Source of the DNA: Marsupella aquatica
Taxonomy: Eukaryota > Plantae > Marchantiophyta
Direction: 5' to 3'
Assembly (NCBI GenBank): GCA_973895155.1
Contig: OZ316892.1
Span: 30,138,932-30,202,931 of the forward strand
DNA length: 64,000 nt
A model generated the notes under the pieces. The model made no database searches. It saw only the letters and a program-made list of their open reading frames with translations, and was not told the origin of the DNA. Position numbers and translations under genes: made by a program. This document shows, in pieces, positions 1 through 11,935 of this stretch. The stretch's first letter is position 1. The number at the start of each line of letters is the position of its first letter.

Positions 1-670
1 TTAAAGCCAAGCATCAGCATCCAACTCCCTGCCTCCAACAGTCAAACAACAGATCGTATTGTATAAGGCGATACACTGTACTTGGCAAGCAGAAGTTAAT
101 CCTCTCATTCTTTGCAATCTCCTTGAGACATCCTTCCAATCTTGGGTCACAGCAGACCATAGATCCTCTACTTTCCTCATCCCCAAAGTACCAAAGGTTC
201 TAATGATTTCAATTATGCACTCTTCAGGTAATTCATAGAACCCCTGCATACTTAGTACCAAATCCTAAAATCCCCAATGCCCAGGTATTGCTCCCCTACC
301 AGGGCAGAAGATCAAATGCTCCATGGCCATCTCCCATGCATTCCATAGTTTGCCTGTATAGACCAGTTTCCCAAAGTATCGAAGGGTACTCAGTAGTAAT
401 TTATCACTCAAAGCATACCTGCTTCTTCTCACCATCTTGTAATTGCGCCATTTGGTTAGCCGAAGGTTCTCAGCATACATTTGTGCCCGCTCAGAGTTCG
501 GGTCATCCAGTGCTCCGGTGAACCATTTGCATAGCAGAGCATCAGAGTGGCTTCAAAAGTCCTTGAGCCCAAGCTTGCCCTCCAGCTTAGGTCTGGTCAT
601 CTTCTCCCATGCCACTAAAGGGACCCTTTGTCCCCCTTGCTGATTAGTGCCTCATAGGAAAGTCCTGTTA
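1..670 (-). mobile_element. Decayed L1-clade LINE ORF2 fragment (post-RT region)
   Basis: Minus strand near 530-670 reads RTFL*GTNQQGGQRVPLVAWEKMTRPKLEGKLGLKDF, the conserved L1 motif; homologous to KKVPLVAWAKMALPRVEG at 45761-46039; stops present. Confidence 0.75.
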
Positions 671-699
671 AGTTTCGAAGGACAAAACGTTTTAACCTA

Positions 700-912
700 G
701 GACATGTGCCAAACCGACCCAAGGAAAAGTCCATCCAAGCTTTGTTGAAGGAACAAATGTTCGCATGGAGTCACCATGACCTTACTGGTGTCTCCCCCGA
801 ATTGGGAGAGCACACGATCAATCTGAATCTGGGGGCCCATGCTGTGTGACAGCGATGCCGAACCCAAGGTACTCCATCCTGGTCCAGGAGGAGATCAACT
901 GGCTACTAGATT
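700..912 (+). mobile_element. Ty3/Gypsy pol fragment (start of RT)
   Basis: Reads FAWSHHDLTGVSPELGEHTINL...RYSILVQEEINWLLD, matching the Gypsy pre-RT motif FAW..DL.G......H.I.L...EEI..LL; stop and frameshift present. Confidence 0.65.
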
Positions 913-1030
913 AAGACACACAAATGGGCATATTGAAACAGAAAGACAAATGGATAGATTAAAACAGAAAGACAAATGGGGATGATTGAGTTCTTCTATC
1001 ATGTACTTTCGACCTCAACTTTCAATCTGG

Positions 1031-3898
1031 TCACCAGTAATCGCAACAAGAACATATCCCATCTTTGAAATGGTGAAAGCGATTGGCATCCCTGGCTATA
1101 ATCTCGCGTCCAGTAACCTTAGACATAAACTTGGTAGCGGTATGGCAATCTGAACACACCCGAAGGTTCTTCCATACCCGAATTGGTTTCCCCTGAGGTA
1201 TGTGCATAAGTCCGTAAATAATAGCCAACTTCTCACTATGAGAGCAAAGAGCAAGTTCTTTATCCTCCTCACTCATATCATGCAACACAAGTCGAGTATC
1301 CGGAATGTAGCCTTCAGCCTTCAGTTTTTCAGTCAATTTAGTGAGCTCAGTATATATTGCCTTCGCTTCTGGGTGAGATCTATCCCCTGCAACAAATTTA
1401 TGGATCTTCTTGTCAACTTCAATCCAGCTACGTCCTGGCACCTTCCAAATACGTCTCTTTTGCATCATGGTGCGGACCAACGACTTCTTCTCCCATTTGC
1501 CAGCTGCAGCATATATATTGGAGAGGAGCACATACGCAGAAGCATCACTGGGACCCCACTTCAGAAGCTCTCTAGCGGCAACTTCACCCAACTCCACATT
1601 ACCGTAAGTCCTACAAGCCCCGAGCAAGGCTTTCCAAGTTACTTCATCTGGTTCCACTGGCATGTCACTAATGAAGAGCTTTGCTTCCTCCAAATGTCCA
1701 GCCCGCCCAAGAAGATCCACCATGCAGTTATAATGCACAACAGCAGGCTCGATGCCATAATCTTGCGTCATAGATACAAAGAGTCTACGGCCCTCATCAA
1801 CAAGGCCTCCGTGACAACAGGCTGACAACACTGCCACGAATGAATAACTGTCGGGCTTCACGCCGTTTGTGGTCATTTTTCTAAACATTTCCACGGCTTC
1901 ATTCCCACATCCATGTTGCGCAAGTCCACCAATCATTACAGTCCATGTAACTACATCGTGTTTCTCCATTCTGTCAAAAACAAGTCGCGCGTCAATTATA
2001 CTGCCACTCTCTGCGTACATGTGAACCATTGCATTGCCCACACGCAAATTTGACTCCAGTCCCGCTTTGGTAGCATGGCCATGAATCTCCTTCACCCACT
2101 CCAAAGCCCCCGCGCTCGCAGATGCATTCAGGATGCTCAAATAAGTAATTGCATCTGGTTCGAAGCCTTCGAGTCTCATTTGCAGAAACAGTCGGTATGC
2201 TTCATGCCCGCATCCATGTTGTGCAAGTCCACCGATCATTACGGTCCATGTGACTACATCGCGCTCCTCCATTCTGTCAAAAACCAGTAGGGCATCATCG
2301 ATGCTGCCAGTCTCTGCATACATGTGAACTAGCGCAGAGCCCACACGCAAATCCGACTCCAGCCCCCCTTTCCTAGCATGGCCATGAACTTCCTTCACCC
2401 ATTCCAAAGCCCCATCACATGCAGATGCATTCAGGATGCTCACATAAGTGACTGCGTTTGGTTCGAAGCCTTCAAGCCTCATTTGGAGAAACAGTCGGTA
2501 TGCTTCATGCCCACATCCATGTTGTGCAAGTCCACCGATCATTACAGTCCATGTGACTACATTGCGCTTCTCCATTTTGTCAAACACTAGTCGGGCATCA
2601 TCTATACTGCCACTCTGTGCATACATGTGAATCAGTGCACTGCCTACACGCAAATCTGATTCCACTCCCGCTTTCCTAGCCTGGCGATGAACGTCCCTCA
2701 CCCATTCCAAAGCCCCCTCACTTGCAGATGCATTCAGGATGCTTGCGTAAGTGAATGCATCTGGTTCCCAACCTTCAAGTCTCATTTGGAGCAACAGTCG
2801 ATATGCTTCATGCCCACATCCATGTTTAGCAAGTCCACCGATCATTACAGTCCATGTGACCACATCGCGTTTCTCCATTTTGTCAAACACTAGTCGGGCA
2901 TCACCTATACTGCCCATCTCTGCATACATGTGAACCAGTGCATTGCATACACGCAAATCTGACATTACTCCCGCTTTGCTAGCCTGGGCATGAACGTCCT
3001 TCACCCATTCCAAAGCCCCCTCACTTGCAGATGCATTCAGGATGCTCGCGTAAGTGAATGCATCTGGTTCTAATCCTTCCCGTCTCATTTGGAGAAACAG
3101 TCGATATGCTTCCAGCCCATGACCACGTTCTGCATATGCTCTAATCATGACATTCCATGTAATGACATTTCGATTGGTCAAATTTTCGAAAACTTTCCTT
3201 GCCTCGGTGATACAGCCACATTTTGAGTACATCAGTACGAGAGCAGTCCCTACACGCACGTCCGATTCAAAGCCGGCCTGTCGAATATGCTCATGAATTT
3301 CTTTTCCGCACCTTAGAGCTAATGGGCTGGCACATCCTTTGAGGATGCTCAGATACGTGATCTCATTCGGCTGCACGCCTTCTTGGCGCATTAGATTGAA
3401 AATTTCGAGTGCAGATTCAAAATGTTCACTCGTAGCGTACCCTGCAATCATGTTGGTCCAAGTAATAACACTCTTCTTCTGAATTTGATCAAAAACTCTA
3501 CGTGCATCCGATAACCCTCCGCATTTGATATACACATTCAACAGCGTAATTAACACATATGAATTCTTATCACTCCCACTCTCGATGATGCAATCATGAA
3601 TTTGCTTGGCTGCTGAAAGATCTTTCTGATGCAAGAGCATTTGCAGAAGTTTAACATAGGTGTACGGGTCTATAGCAATGCCTCGTTGTAGACGATCTTT
3701 CAAACCAGCAAGTGTTCCACTCGTTGTACCAGGAGCGTGCATATGCCTATTGCCGTTCCCTTCTGCAGTGACTTGAGACCAATCTCTCGTGCAATAACTA
3801 ACATGAGATTGAACTCTGCACTGCGTGATCAAATTCGCCCTTGCCTTGACCCATACTGCAGTTGACAATACATCCACCCAAAGTGCTATACTTGTCAT
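1031..3898 (-). CDS. PLS-class PPR-E-DYW protein (gene 1), putative organellar C-to-U editing factor
   Basis: 955-aa ORF with L-S, 5x P-L-S, P2-L2-S2, E1/E2, PG box (PGRSWIEV), HSEKLA and CSDCH zinc ligands; ends CSCCDYW. Confidence 0.95.
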   Translation of the reverse strand: MTSIALWVDVLSTAVWVKARANLITQCRVQSHVSYCTRDWSQVTAEGNGNRHMHAPGTTSGTLAGLKDRLQRGIAIDPYTYVKLLQMLLHQKDLSAAKQIHDCIIESGSDKNSYVLITLLNVYIKCGGLSDARRVFDQIQKKSVITWTNMIAGYATSEHFESALEIFNLMRQEGVQPNEITYLSILKGCASPLALRCGKEIHEHIRQAGFESDVRVGTALVLMYSKCGCITEARKVFENLTNRNVITWNVMIRAYAERGHGLEAYRLFLQMRREGLEPDAFTYASILNASASEGALEWVKDVHAQASKAGVMSDLRVCNALVHMYAEMGSIGDARLVFDKMEKRDVVTWTVMIGGLAKHGCGHEAYRLLLQMRLEGWEPDAFTYASILNASASEGALEWVRDVHRQARKAGVESDLRVGSALIHMYAQSGSIDDARLVFDKMEKRNVVTWTVMIGGLAQHGCGHEAYRLFLQMRLEGFEPNAVTYVSILNASACDGALEWVKEVHGHARKGGLESDLRVGSALVHMYAETGSIDDALLVFDRMEERDVVTWTVMIGGLAQHGCGHEAYRLFLQMRLEGFEPDAITYLSILNASASAGALEWVKEIHGHATKAGLESNLRVGNAMVHMYAESGSIIDARLVFDRMEKHDVVTWTVMIGGLAQHGCGNEAVEMFRKMTTNGVKPDSYSFVAVLSACCHGGLVDEGRRLFVSMTQDYGIEPAVVHYNCMVDLLGRAGHLEEAKLFISDMPVEPDEVTWKALLGACRTYGNVELGEVAARELLKWGPSDASAYVLLSNIYAAAGKWEKKSLVRTMMQKRRIWKVPGRSWIEVDKKIHKFVAGDRSHPEAKAIYTELTKLTEKLKAEGYIPDTRLVLHDMSEEDKELALCSHSEKLAIIYGLMHIPQGKPIRVWKNLRVCSDCHTATKFMSKVTGREIIARDANRFHHFKDGICSCCDYW

Positions 3899-4013
3899 CT
3901 TGTGCTTAAACTCAGGTGCTCTGGGCTTCCTCTGTCAACCACACTGCCCGGGGTCAGATATGGAAAGCCTGACTTATAAAAGGTTAAATTCCAGGAGATT
4001 CCACGAGGTGCAA

Positions 4014-6470
4014 TGAATTTGGATTTATTTCTCTAGGACTATATTCCACAATGATCTTTTGACAATGAAATGTTTAGAAAATGATGACAGACCGGTAACT
4101 CTCTCGAGTCCTACGCCTAGCATGCATGCCTACCTCCGTCCAAAGATGTATTTTCTTGTCTCCCTGGCTTCGCTGTGATCGGTGGTACAGAAAACTCGCA
4201 AAAGTTATATTCCTCCTTTCAATTGAGAGTAACGGCTATCTGTCAAGAATGCGATGATCTTAGTATAGAATTACTGAATAATTGTGAAAGGCATATCCAC
4301 GTAGCTCAAGTATCAATAAGCTCGTTGATACTCCAGTGTTTCATTATAATCATAGAAAGGACAGAGTCAAGAGCCTATTGAATTGACACTAAAAAACTTC
4401 ATCAAGCAGTTGCATGTTATCTGTTGGTGTGTGTATAGGACAGACTCTTAGGGCACCGTGACAAGCGTTCATCGTAAGTTGCCTTGGCCCTCTATGCTAT
4501 ATACAAACCAAATCTCAGGTGTTTGACAAGAGACTAAAACTCACAAATGAAGCCTAACCAGCATTTGTAGATTGTCTCTATAGAATCCATTGTGATTAGG
4601 CACAGATGACATGAATTTGAAAGCGCCTCCCCACCCTCTCCCTGTGATTCCTTGGAGGTGAAAAAATAACCAAACTTGAAGTTCAAGCCAATCTTCATCA
4701 CATAAGCCTCATAGCAGGAAATTCATGCAACTATAAATGTCACACCGTGGAGCTGGAACAACGGCTTTTGTTTACAAGTAGGTAATCACAACGTTGAATC
4801 GCTCTTGAGTCTCAATTACCTGAATGCCTTGTACAAAAACAATGGCTGATGCCAATACCAATCAAAGCAGAAGATGAAGGATGAACCCTGCAAATCAATC
4901 GTCTTTGTTAAGAATGCCTTCAAGCTCGTTTGGTCACATCATAATCCAACAAAATGATATGCATACAAAATTAATTATACCTGGCTGTGGAGTGTTGCTA
5001 AAGCGGTCCATATCCAAAATGTCCATCGAGTAAGCTTCGTTCCCGTTCGAGAGCTTAATAGCACAGTTGTGAGAAATATAATTTTACCTGTTTAACAACG
5101 TTTAAATCAGTCTTAGTAGTGCAACCGTTGGAGAGCCCTCGAATTTCAAGTCTCATCTTTCCTTCCCCTTGGACTAAGGAAAGAATATTCACTAGGTGAA
5201 GGCTTGTTAGGGAAACCTTACCCGGGCAGAGGAATCTCAGCTCAACGTAACAGTTGGAGGTACCCCTAGAAGCATACCGGTAGCACTATCATCTCCAGGA
5301 TCACGTCCTCCGTCAATTGAGAATTAAGAATTCAGAATTGCTGTACTCTTCTAAGAAATATCCCAGCTTTGGCATCCTGAGAGGAAAAAGTGTGAGAATC
5401 TCAAATCCCAAAGCAACTACCACCATACCTGCACATTGCCATTTGAAAAGTTTGACGCGAGTGCTCTTGTTAATCGCCCTCCAACAAAGAACCCTTTCCA
5501 ACCGAATTGTCCTGCATGCCAAACGAGAAATCGACGACATTTCTTCAAAGAAGAACTTGTGTACAAGTGATATGCAGACCGCGTAAGTAGTAAATTGGGC
5601 AGGCTCGAGAATTCATTCAGAGCAACAAGTTAAAGCAAGTGGGCACAAAATTGATCTAGAATGTGATGGGCCATAAGCTCCTAAACGTAGATATCCTTTA
5701 AAGTTTGACATGTCTGGAAAAACCAGGCAAATGCACATAACTGCGGGCAGCAGGAGATGTCCTCTAATAATTGAGCAGGACGTGAACCAGGATAGGGAGA
5801 CAAAACAGTATCCCGGGCTGAAAAAGAGACTTGTCCTGCTTCCTTCGGCACAAAGAGTTGAGGAGCAGTTTTGCCAAGCATATTAGGGTTGAAACGCCGA
5901 AGAACATTGAGTATAGCTAGGGACTTACTACGAATGCTCTACCCAACGGACATCGCGAGAGGCCGTGTAAAGGTGGTAACACAAACCTCACAGGGATCAC
6001 TGGATTCGTCAGCATGCAGTTACACACAGCTCGGTACCAGCTCCCCGAAAAGTAACTAAACAACATTAAATAATGAGCTACGACGAGTAATTCTTGGCAG
6101 ATTGTGAATGCTACCAACATTGTTAGCTTGTGACAGCCCGGGATTCGGGGTAGCTACCGGGGATCTTCTTGGATTCATGTAGAGAAATTGGTGGCGAGGA
6201 GGAACAACCCTGAGAAGGCGGCACTGTTAAACCCTGATCTGTCACTCGAATTTGTCGCACAAACCTTAGATCTCTCACTTCGAATTTGGCTGGACTGAGC
6301 CCAGCTAAGTGAACCGAGTTGAGCCATTCCAAATCCGAAGTGCGATTCGTCTCGGATTGATTGCCTCCCGTAATAGAACATTTTCCTCAAAACAGTGTTC
6401 CGGTGATCCAATTGAGGTTGAGGTAAAGGAAGAGATCAGATTGCAAGATAATGTACAACAGCCACAATTA
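4014..6470 (-). promoter_or_regulatory. Upstream region / probable multi-exon 5' leader of gene 1
   Basis: Colinear with 11936-14631; conserved AG|exon|GT units at 4820-4887 (68 nt) and 4981-4997 (17 nt); no conserved long ORF. Confidence 0.55.
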
Positions 6471-6663
6471 TCAGCTCAGGGTGGCTATGGCCTAAGATTT
6501 CTTGTTACTAGTAAAAAACTTAATGTACGCAGAGTACTTCGCTAGCAAACTTAACTTAATCCTTAACTAGCCAAAACTTGGTGTCAAGTATTTTAGCGTT
6601 TGTGTCAGTGTTTTGTACCAGGCCTCTGACCAAGGGCTGGTCAGACAGGCAGAACCCAATTAA

Positions 6664-6735
6664 GCTGCTCCTGATATGTTAAGAAGCTGATTGTATTACG
6701 CTGCTCCTGATATGTTAAGAAGCTGATTGTATTAC
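6664..6735. repeat. Perfect 36-bp tandem duplication
   Basis: gctgctcctgatatgttaagaagctgattgtattac x2. Confidence 0.9.
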
Positions 6736-6949
6736 TCCGTGGATGAAAAGTTAGTCTTAGACATGCTGGATGTCATTTTTCAATTATTCTTGAAAAACCA
6801 AGAGTTATTTGAAATTGACTTGAAAAGACTGGTGTATCATGCGCTTCCAAGGACAAACTGGTTCTTGCATCAGTACATTTGTCAAGTCACTCTCCAACAA
6901 TGTATTTGTGGTTCACCAGGCTGTCAATCAAATTGGCTAATTAGATAGT

Positions 6950-7803
6950 GACACCCAGGTGAACTCACACCTGAAACAAGCAAAAGTTTTTACCCATTTA
7001 GTGTCTTTTCCATCTTTTATTGATTGTATAAGGACTCTAAGACTTAGCAAGCACCATAGTAATTATTTTCAATACCATGTAACAATTACATGTAAGGATG
7101 CTGAAGAAGATGCCCTCATGGTGTACCTTCTTGAAGGGTGTTAAGTTATGTCTCTAATATAAATTATTTACTTCCATAGTACTAGCTAGGCTTTAGCAAA
7201 CTAGGATAGCACTTGGTTAAGTTTCAAGTTCCCATAGACCATGGTATACCCAAGGGAAACACAAGCTTGTGCTTGCACTTGAAGGTTCACTCAATGAGAG
7301 GGTGAGAGGAGGAACTCTAGCACGTTGGCTATAGAACGGGTGTAATCATTTTGTATTATTGGATTTCTCAATCTCACAGCCGTGTACATAGCCCATACCG
7401 GGTGAACCATGTACCTTCAGTATGTTCACAGGTGTTGATCTATGATGTCTTGTTTGATCTAGATTTTATTCACTATGACTCTAGTGAGCAGTTATAGGTA
7501 ATAGTACTGGACCAAAATTACCTAAGACTATACAGAATCTAATACATGGTTGCCATGAAAAACCTATTTCAGTTGGTCATTTGCTTACTTAAAAACGATA
7601 GTTCAGACTCATGCCCAATAATAAGACAATCCATTAACTATTTGGTGCAATACACAAGACTTGGCGGGAAAAGGATCATGCCTCCCATCTTAATTTTTAC
7701 TCATACTTATTCCTTAGGAAACACACCAACAAATCATCCCATTCAACCATGTGGTTAACCAGTGTCTGCCCCGAGGCTTGGGTGTTCCTGCCCTGTTTTC
7801 ACA
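6950..7803 (+). mobile_element. Ty1/Copia 3' remnant: RNase H end, PPT and LTR
   Basis: QAKVFTHLVSFPSFIDCIRTLRL resembles the Copia 'ADIFTK' terminus; ttgaaggg|TGTTAAG at 7139 fits PPT plus LTR start; Copia-LTR-like ccgtgtacatagccc..gggtgaaccatgt; ends ..ttcaCA. Confidence 0.5.
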
Positions 7804-8149
7804 GTTCGTTTAGCTCAAGGGGACTTGACAAGGGCACGAATGACAACAATTGAGAGGTCACTTCCAAGATTTGCCTTTAATTGGATTTCGACATAACCCT
7901 TCATATCAAGTGATTGGTCCACTGGAGTGAGTCCCACAAAATGATTACTGTCTCCTAAACCCTAAAACAAACCCTCAAACTTCAACCCCAACCTAAACTC
8001 TCAACAATACTCTGCTAATTCAAACCCTTGGCCTTCAATCCCAACCTGGGAGTCTCACTATATGGAGCCCCCTACACAACTGTTGCCACTCACATTCTTT
8101 GGGCATTAGTGGCAGGGTAGGAATAGACACTAGCCAAAACGGCCAGCTC

Positions 8150-8540
8150 TCTTGATATGTATCCCCTTTTGAATCTGTCTTGATACGTATCCCCTTTTGA
8201 ATCTGCCCACAATCTGCTCAAAATTTACTGAATCCATGCGCTTACAATTGTTCTTTATTTTACTTGGATAGAATGTGAATTTACTTAGAGGGATAAATTC
8301 TGCTTGGCCAACCTGTCCATTGAAGCACCAGACATCAGTCTTTAGGGTTTAGGGAGTAACCAAGAGCCAAATGAGCCAGATCTCTCCCATCTGCACTTCA
8401 CAAACTTTGCAAAATTGACATAGTACCATGCATATGTGCTTAGAATTGTTCTTTATTTGACTTCCCTGTAGTGTGAATTTGCGTTAGAGAGATAAATCCG
8501 GTTTGGCCAATCTGAGTCTATTGAAGCATCAGGCATTAAT
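8150..8540. repeat. Local duplications downstream of gene 2
   Basis: 28-bp tandem pair at 8150-8205; diverged ~125-bp direct repeats at ~8220-8340 and ~8410-8540. Confidence 0.7.
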
Positions 8541-8662
8541 CACGACTTAGGCAATCAAGATTGGAATACTCACTACTTGGGCAATACAGATTGGAACAGA
8601 TACAAATGTGGGATGAGTGACTTCTGCTTCCAAGTCACCTTCGAACACAACTTTCAATCCGG

Positions 8663-11600
8663 TCACCAGTAATCGCCACAAGAGCATATCCCATCTTTAA
8701 AATGGTGAAAACGATTGGCATCCCTGGCTATGATCTCGCGTCCAGTCACCTTAGAGATAAATTTGGTTGCGGTATGGCAATCCGAACACACCCGAAGGTT
8801 CTTCCATACACGAATTGGTTTTCCCCGGGGTATGTGCATAAGTCCGTAAACAATAGCCAACTTCTCACTATGAGAGCAAAGAGCTAGTTCTTTATCCTTC
8901 TCATTGATATCATGCAACACAAGTCGGGTGTCCGGAATGTAGCCTTCAGCCTTCAATTTTTCAGTCAATATATTAAGCTCGGTATATATTGCCCTCGCTT
9001 CTGGGTGAGATCTATCTCCTACGACAAATTTGTGGATCTTCTTATCAACGTCAATCCAGCTCCGCCCTGGCTCCTTCCGAATACCTCTGTCTTGCATCAT
9101 GGTGCGCACCAAAGACTTCTTCTGATGCTTACCAGCTGCAGCGTAGATGTTGGAGAGGAGCACATATGCAGAGGCATTATTGGGTTCCAACTTGAAAAGC
9201 TCCTGAGCGGCAAGTTCGCCCAACTCCACATCACCGTAAGTTCTACAAGCCCCAAGCAAGGCTGTCCAAGTGACTGTATTTGGTTCAATTGGCATGTCAC
9301 TGATGAAGAGCTCTGCTTCCTCCAAGTGTCCGGCCCGCCCGAGAAGATCCACCATGCAGTTATAATGCACAATGTCAGGCTCGATCCCATAAATCTGCGT
9401 CATGGCTGAAAAGACTCTACGGCCGTCGTCAACAAGGCCTCCGTGACAACAGGCTGACAATACTGCCACGAATGAATACACGTTGGGCTTCACACCGTCT
9501 GCAATCATTTTTCTGAAGTGGTCCAGGGCTTCACTCCCACATCCATGTTGTGCAAGTCCACCGATCATTACAGTCCATGTGACCACATCGCGTTTCTCCA
9601 TTCTCTCAAAAGTAAGTCGGGCGTCATCTATACTGCCACTCTCTGCATACATGTGAACCAGTGCATTGCCTACACGCAAATCTGACTCCAGTCCTGCTTT
9701 GCTAGCATACCCATGAACCTCCTTCACCCACTCCAACGAACCCGCACTTGCAGATGCATTCAGGATGCTCAGATAGGTGATTGCATCTGGCTGGAAGCCT
9801 TCCCGTCTCATTTGAAGAAAGAGTCGATAAGCTTCATGCCCACTTCCATGTTGTGCAAGTCCACCAATCATTACAGTCCAGTTGACCACATCGCGTTTCT
9901 CCATTCTGTCAAAAACCAGTAGGGCGTCATCTATACTGCCACTCTGTGCATACATGTGAACCAGAGCACAGCCCACACGGAAATCCAACTCCAGTCCCCC
10001 TTTGCGAGCATGGCCATGAACTTCCTTCACCCATTCCAAAGCCCCTTCACTTGCAGATGCATTCAGGACGCTCACATAAGTTATTGTATTTGGTTCGAAG
10101 CCTTCACTTCTCATTTGGAGAAACAGACGATATGCTTCATGCCCACAACCATGTTGTGCAAGTCCACCGATCATTACATTCCATGTGACTACATCGCGTT
10201 TCCCCATTCTCCCAAAAACCAGTCGGGCGTCATCTATACTGCCACTCTGTGCATACATGTGAACTAGTGCACTGCCCACACGCAAGTCAGAGTCCAGTCC
10301 CGCTTTGCTAGCATGGCCATGAATTTCCTTCAGCCATTCCGGAGCCCCCTCACTTGCAGATGCATTGAGAATACTAGCATAAGTAAATGCATTTGGTTCG
10401 AAGCCTTCACGTCTCATTTGGAGAAACAGTCTATATGCTTCATCCCGACATCCATGTTGTGCAAGGCCACCGATCATTACAGTCCATGTGACTACATCGC
10501 GTTTCTCCATTTTGTCAAAGACCAGTCGGGCGTCATCTAGACTGCCACTCTCTGCATACATGTGAATGAGTGCACTGCCCACACGCAAATCTGAATCCAG
10601 TCCCGCTTTGCTAGCATGGCCATGCACTTCCTTCACCCATTCCAAAGCCCCCTCACTTGCAGATGCATTGAGAACACTAGCATAAGTGAATGCATCTGGT
10701 TCGAAGCCTTCACGTCTCATGTCGAGAAACAGTCGATATGCTTCATGCCCACATCCATGTTGTGCAAGTCCAGAGATCATTATATTCCAGGTGACTACAT
10801 CGCGTATCTCCATTCTGTCAAAAACAAGTCGGGCGTCATCTAGACTGCCACTCTCTGCATACATGTGAATGAGTGCACTGCCCACACGCAAATTGGACTC
10901 CAGTCCCGCCTTCCGAGCATGCTCATGAATTTCCTTGACCCACTCCAACGGCTCTTCGCTTGCACACGCATTGAGAATGCTCGCGTAAGTGAATGCATCT
11001 GGTTCGAAGCCTTCACGTCTCATTTGGAGAAACAGTCGATATGATTCCACACCATCACCACGTTCTGCATATGCTCCAATCATAACATTCCATGTAATGA
11101 CATTTCGATTGGTCAACTGTTCAAAAACTATCCTTGCCTCGGTGATGCACCCACATTTTGCGTACATCAGTAGGAGGGCAGTCCCCACACGAACGTCCGA
11201 TTCAAAGCCGGCATGTCGAATACGCTCATGAATTTCTTTTCCCCATGTGAGGGCTATTGGACTGGCACATCCTTTCAGGATGCTCAGATATGTGATCTCA
11301 TTAGGCTGCACTCCTTCTTGGCGCATTTGATTCAAAAGTTCCGGTACAGATTCGGCATGATCACTCTTAGCATATCCTGCTATCATCGCGTTCCAAGTAA
11401 TAACACTCTTCTTCTCAAGTTGATCAAAAACTCGACGTGCATCTAACAATCCTCCGCATTTGATATACGCATTCAAGAGAGTGATTGCCACATATGGATT
11501 TTTATGAATTCCACTCTCGATGATGCAATCATGAATTTGCTTGGCTGCTGAAAGGTTTTTCTGTTGCAAGCACATTTGCAGAACTTTGACATATGTGTAC

Positions 11601-11935
11601 GAATTTATAGTAATGCCTCGCAGTAGACGATCTTTCAAATCAGCAATTGTTTCACTCGTAGTACCAGCATCATGCATATGCCTACTACCATTCCCTTTTG
11701 CAGTGACTGTAGACCGATCTATCGTGCAATAAATAACATGAGATTGAAATCTGCAGTGAGTAATCAAATTCGCCGTTGCATTAACCCATGCTGGAGTTGA
11801 CCATCCATCCACCGAGAGTGTTTTCCTTGTCGGCGTCTGATTGAACTGAGGTGCTCTGGGCTTCCTCTGTCGGCAACACAACCCACGATCAGATCTGATA
11901 CCAGGATAAAATTCAGGAGATTCCACGACGTGCAA
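8663..11935 (-). CDS. PLS-class PPR-E-DYW protein (gene 2); true start uncertain
   Basis: 1090-aa open frame with L-S, 6x P-L-S, P2-L2-S2, E1/E2, HSEKLA..CSDCH..CSCGDYW. The track start is TTG; the first in-frame ATG is at 11677. Confidence 0.95.
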   Translation of the reverse strand: MHVVESPEFYPGIRSDRGLCCRQRKPRAPQFNQTPTRKTLSVDGWSTPAWVNATANLITHCRFQSHVIYCTIDRSTVTAKGNGSRHMHDAGTTSETIADLKDRLLRGITINSYTYVKVLQMCLQQKNLSAAKQIHDCIIESGIHKNPYVAITLLNAYIKCGGLLDARRVFDQLEKKSVITWNAMIAGYAKSDHAESVPELLNQMRQEGVQPNEITYLSILKGCASPIALTWGKEIHERIRHAGFESDVRVGTALLLMYAKCGCITEARIVFEQLTNRNVITWNVMIGAYAERGDGVESYRLFLQMRREGFEPDAFTYASILNACASEEPLEWVKEIHEHARKAGLESNLRVGSALIHMYAESGSLDDARLVFDRMEIRDVVTWNIMISGLAQHGCGHEAYRLFLDMRREGFEPDAFTYASVLNASASEGALEWVKEVHGHASKAGLDSDLRVGSALIHMYAESGSLDDARLVFDKMEKRDVVTWTVMIGGLAQHGCRDEAYRLFLQMRREGFEPNAFTYASILNASASEGAPEWLKEIHGHASKAGLDSDLRVGSALVHMYAQSGSIDDARLVFGRMGKRDVVTWNVMIGGLAQHGCGHEAYRLFLQMRSEGFEPNTITYVSVLNASASEGALEWVKEVHGHARKGGLELDFRVGCALVHMYAQSGSIDDALLVFDRMEKRDVVNWTVMIGGLAQHGSGHEAYRLFLQMRREGFQPDAITYLSILNASASAGSLEWVKEVHGYASKAGLESDLRVGNALVHMYAESGSIDDARLTFERMEKRDVVTWTVMIGGLAQHGCGSEALDHFRKMIADGVKPNVYSFVAVLSACCHGGLVDDGRRVFSAMTQIYGIEPDIVHYNCMVDLLGRAGHLEEAELFISDMPIEPNTVTWTALLGACRTYGDVELGELAAQELFKLEPNNASAYVLLSNIYAAAGKHQKKSLVRTMMQDRGIRKEPGRSWIDVDKKIHKFVVGDRSHPEARAIYTELNILTEKLKAEGYIPDTRLVLHDINEKDKELALCSHSEKLAIVYGLMHIPRGKPIRVWKNLRVCSDCHTATKFISKVTGREIIARDANRFHHFKDGICSCGDYW

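Noticed and set aside
1031-1450. U-to-C (DYW:KP) or catalytically dead DYW variant
   Set aside because: All three complete domains have a canonical PG box, HSE and CxxC and end in DYW; only a G>C change near the end of gene 1.
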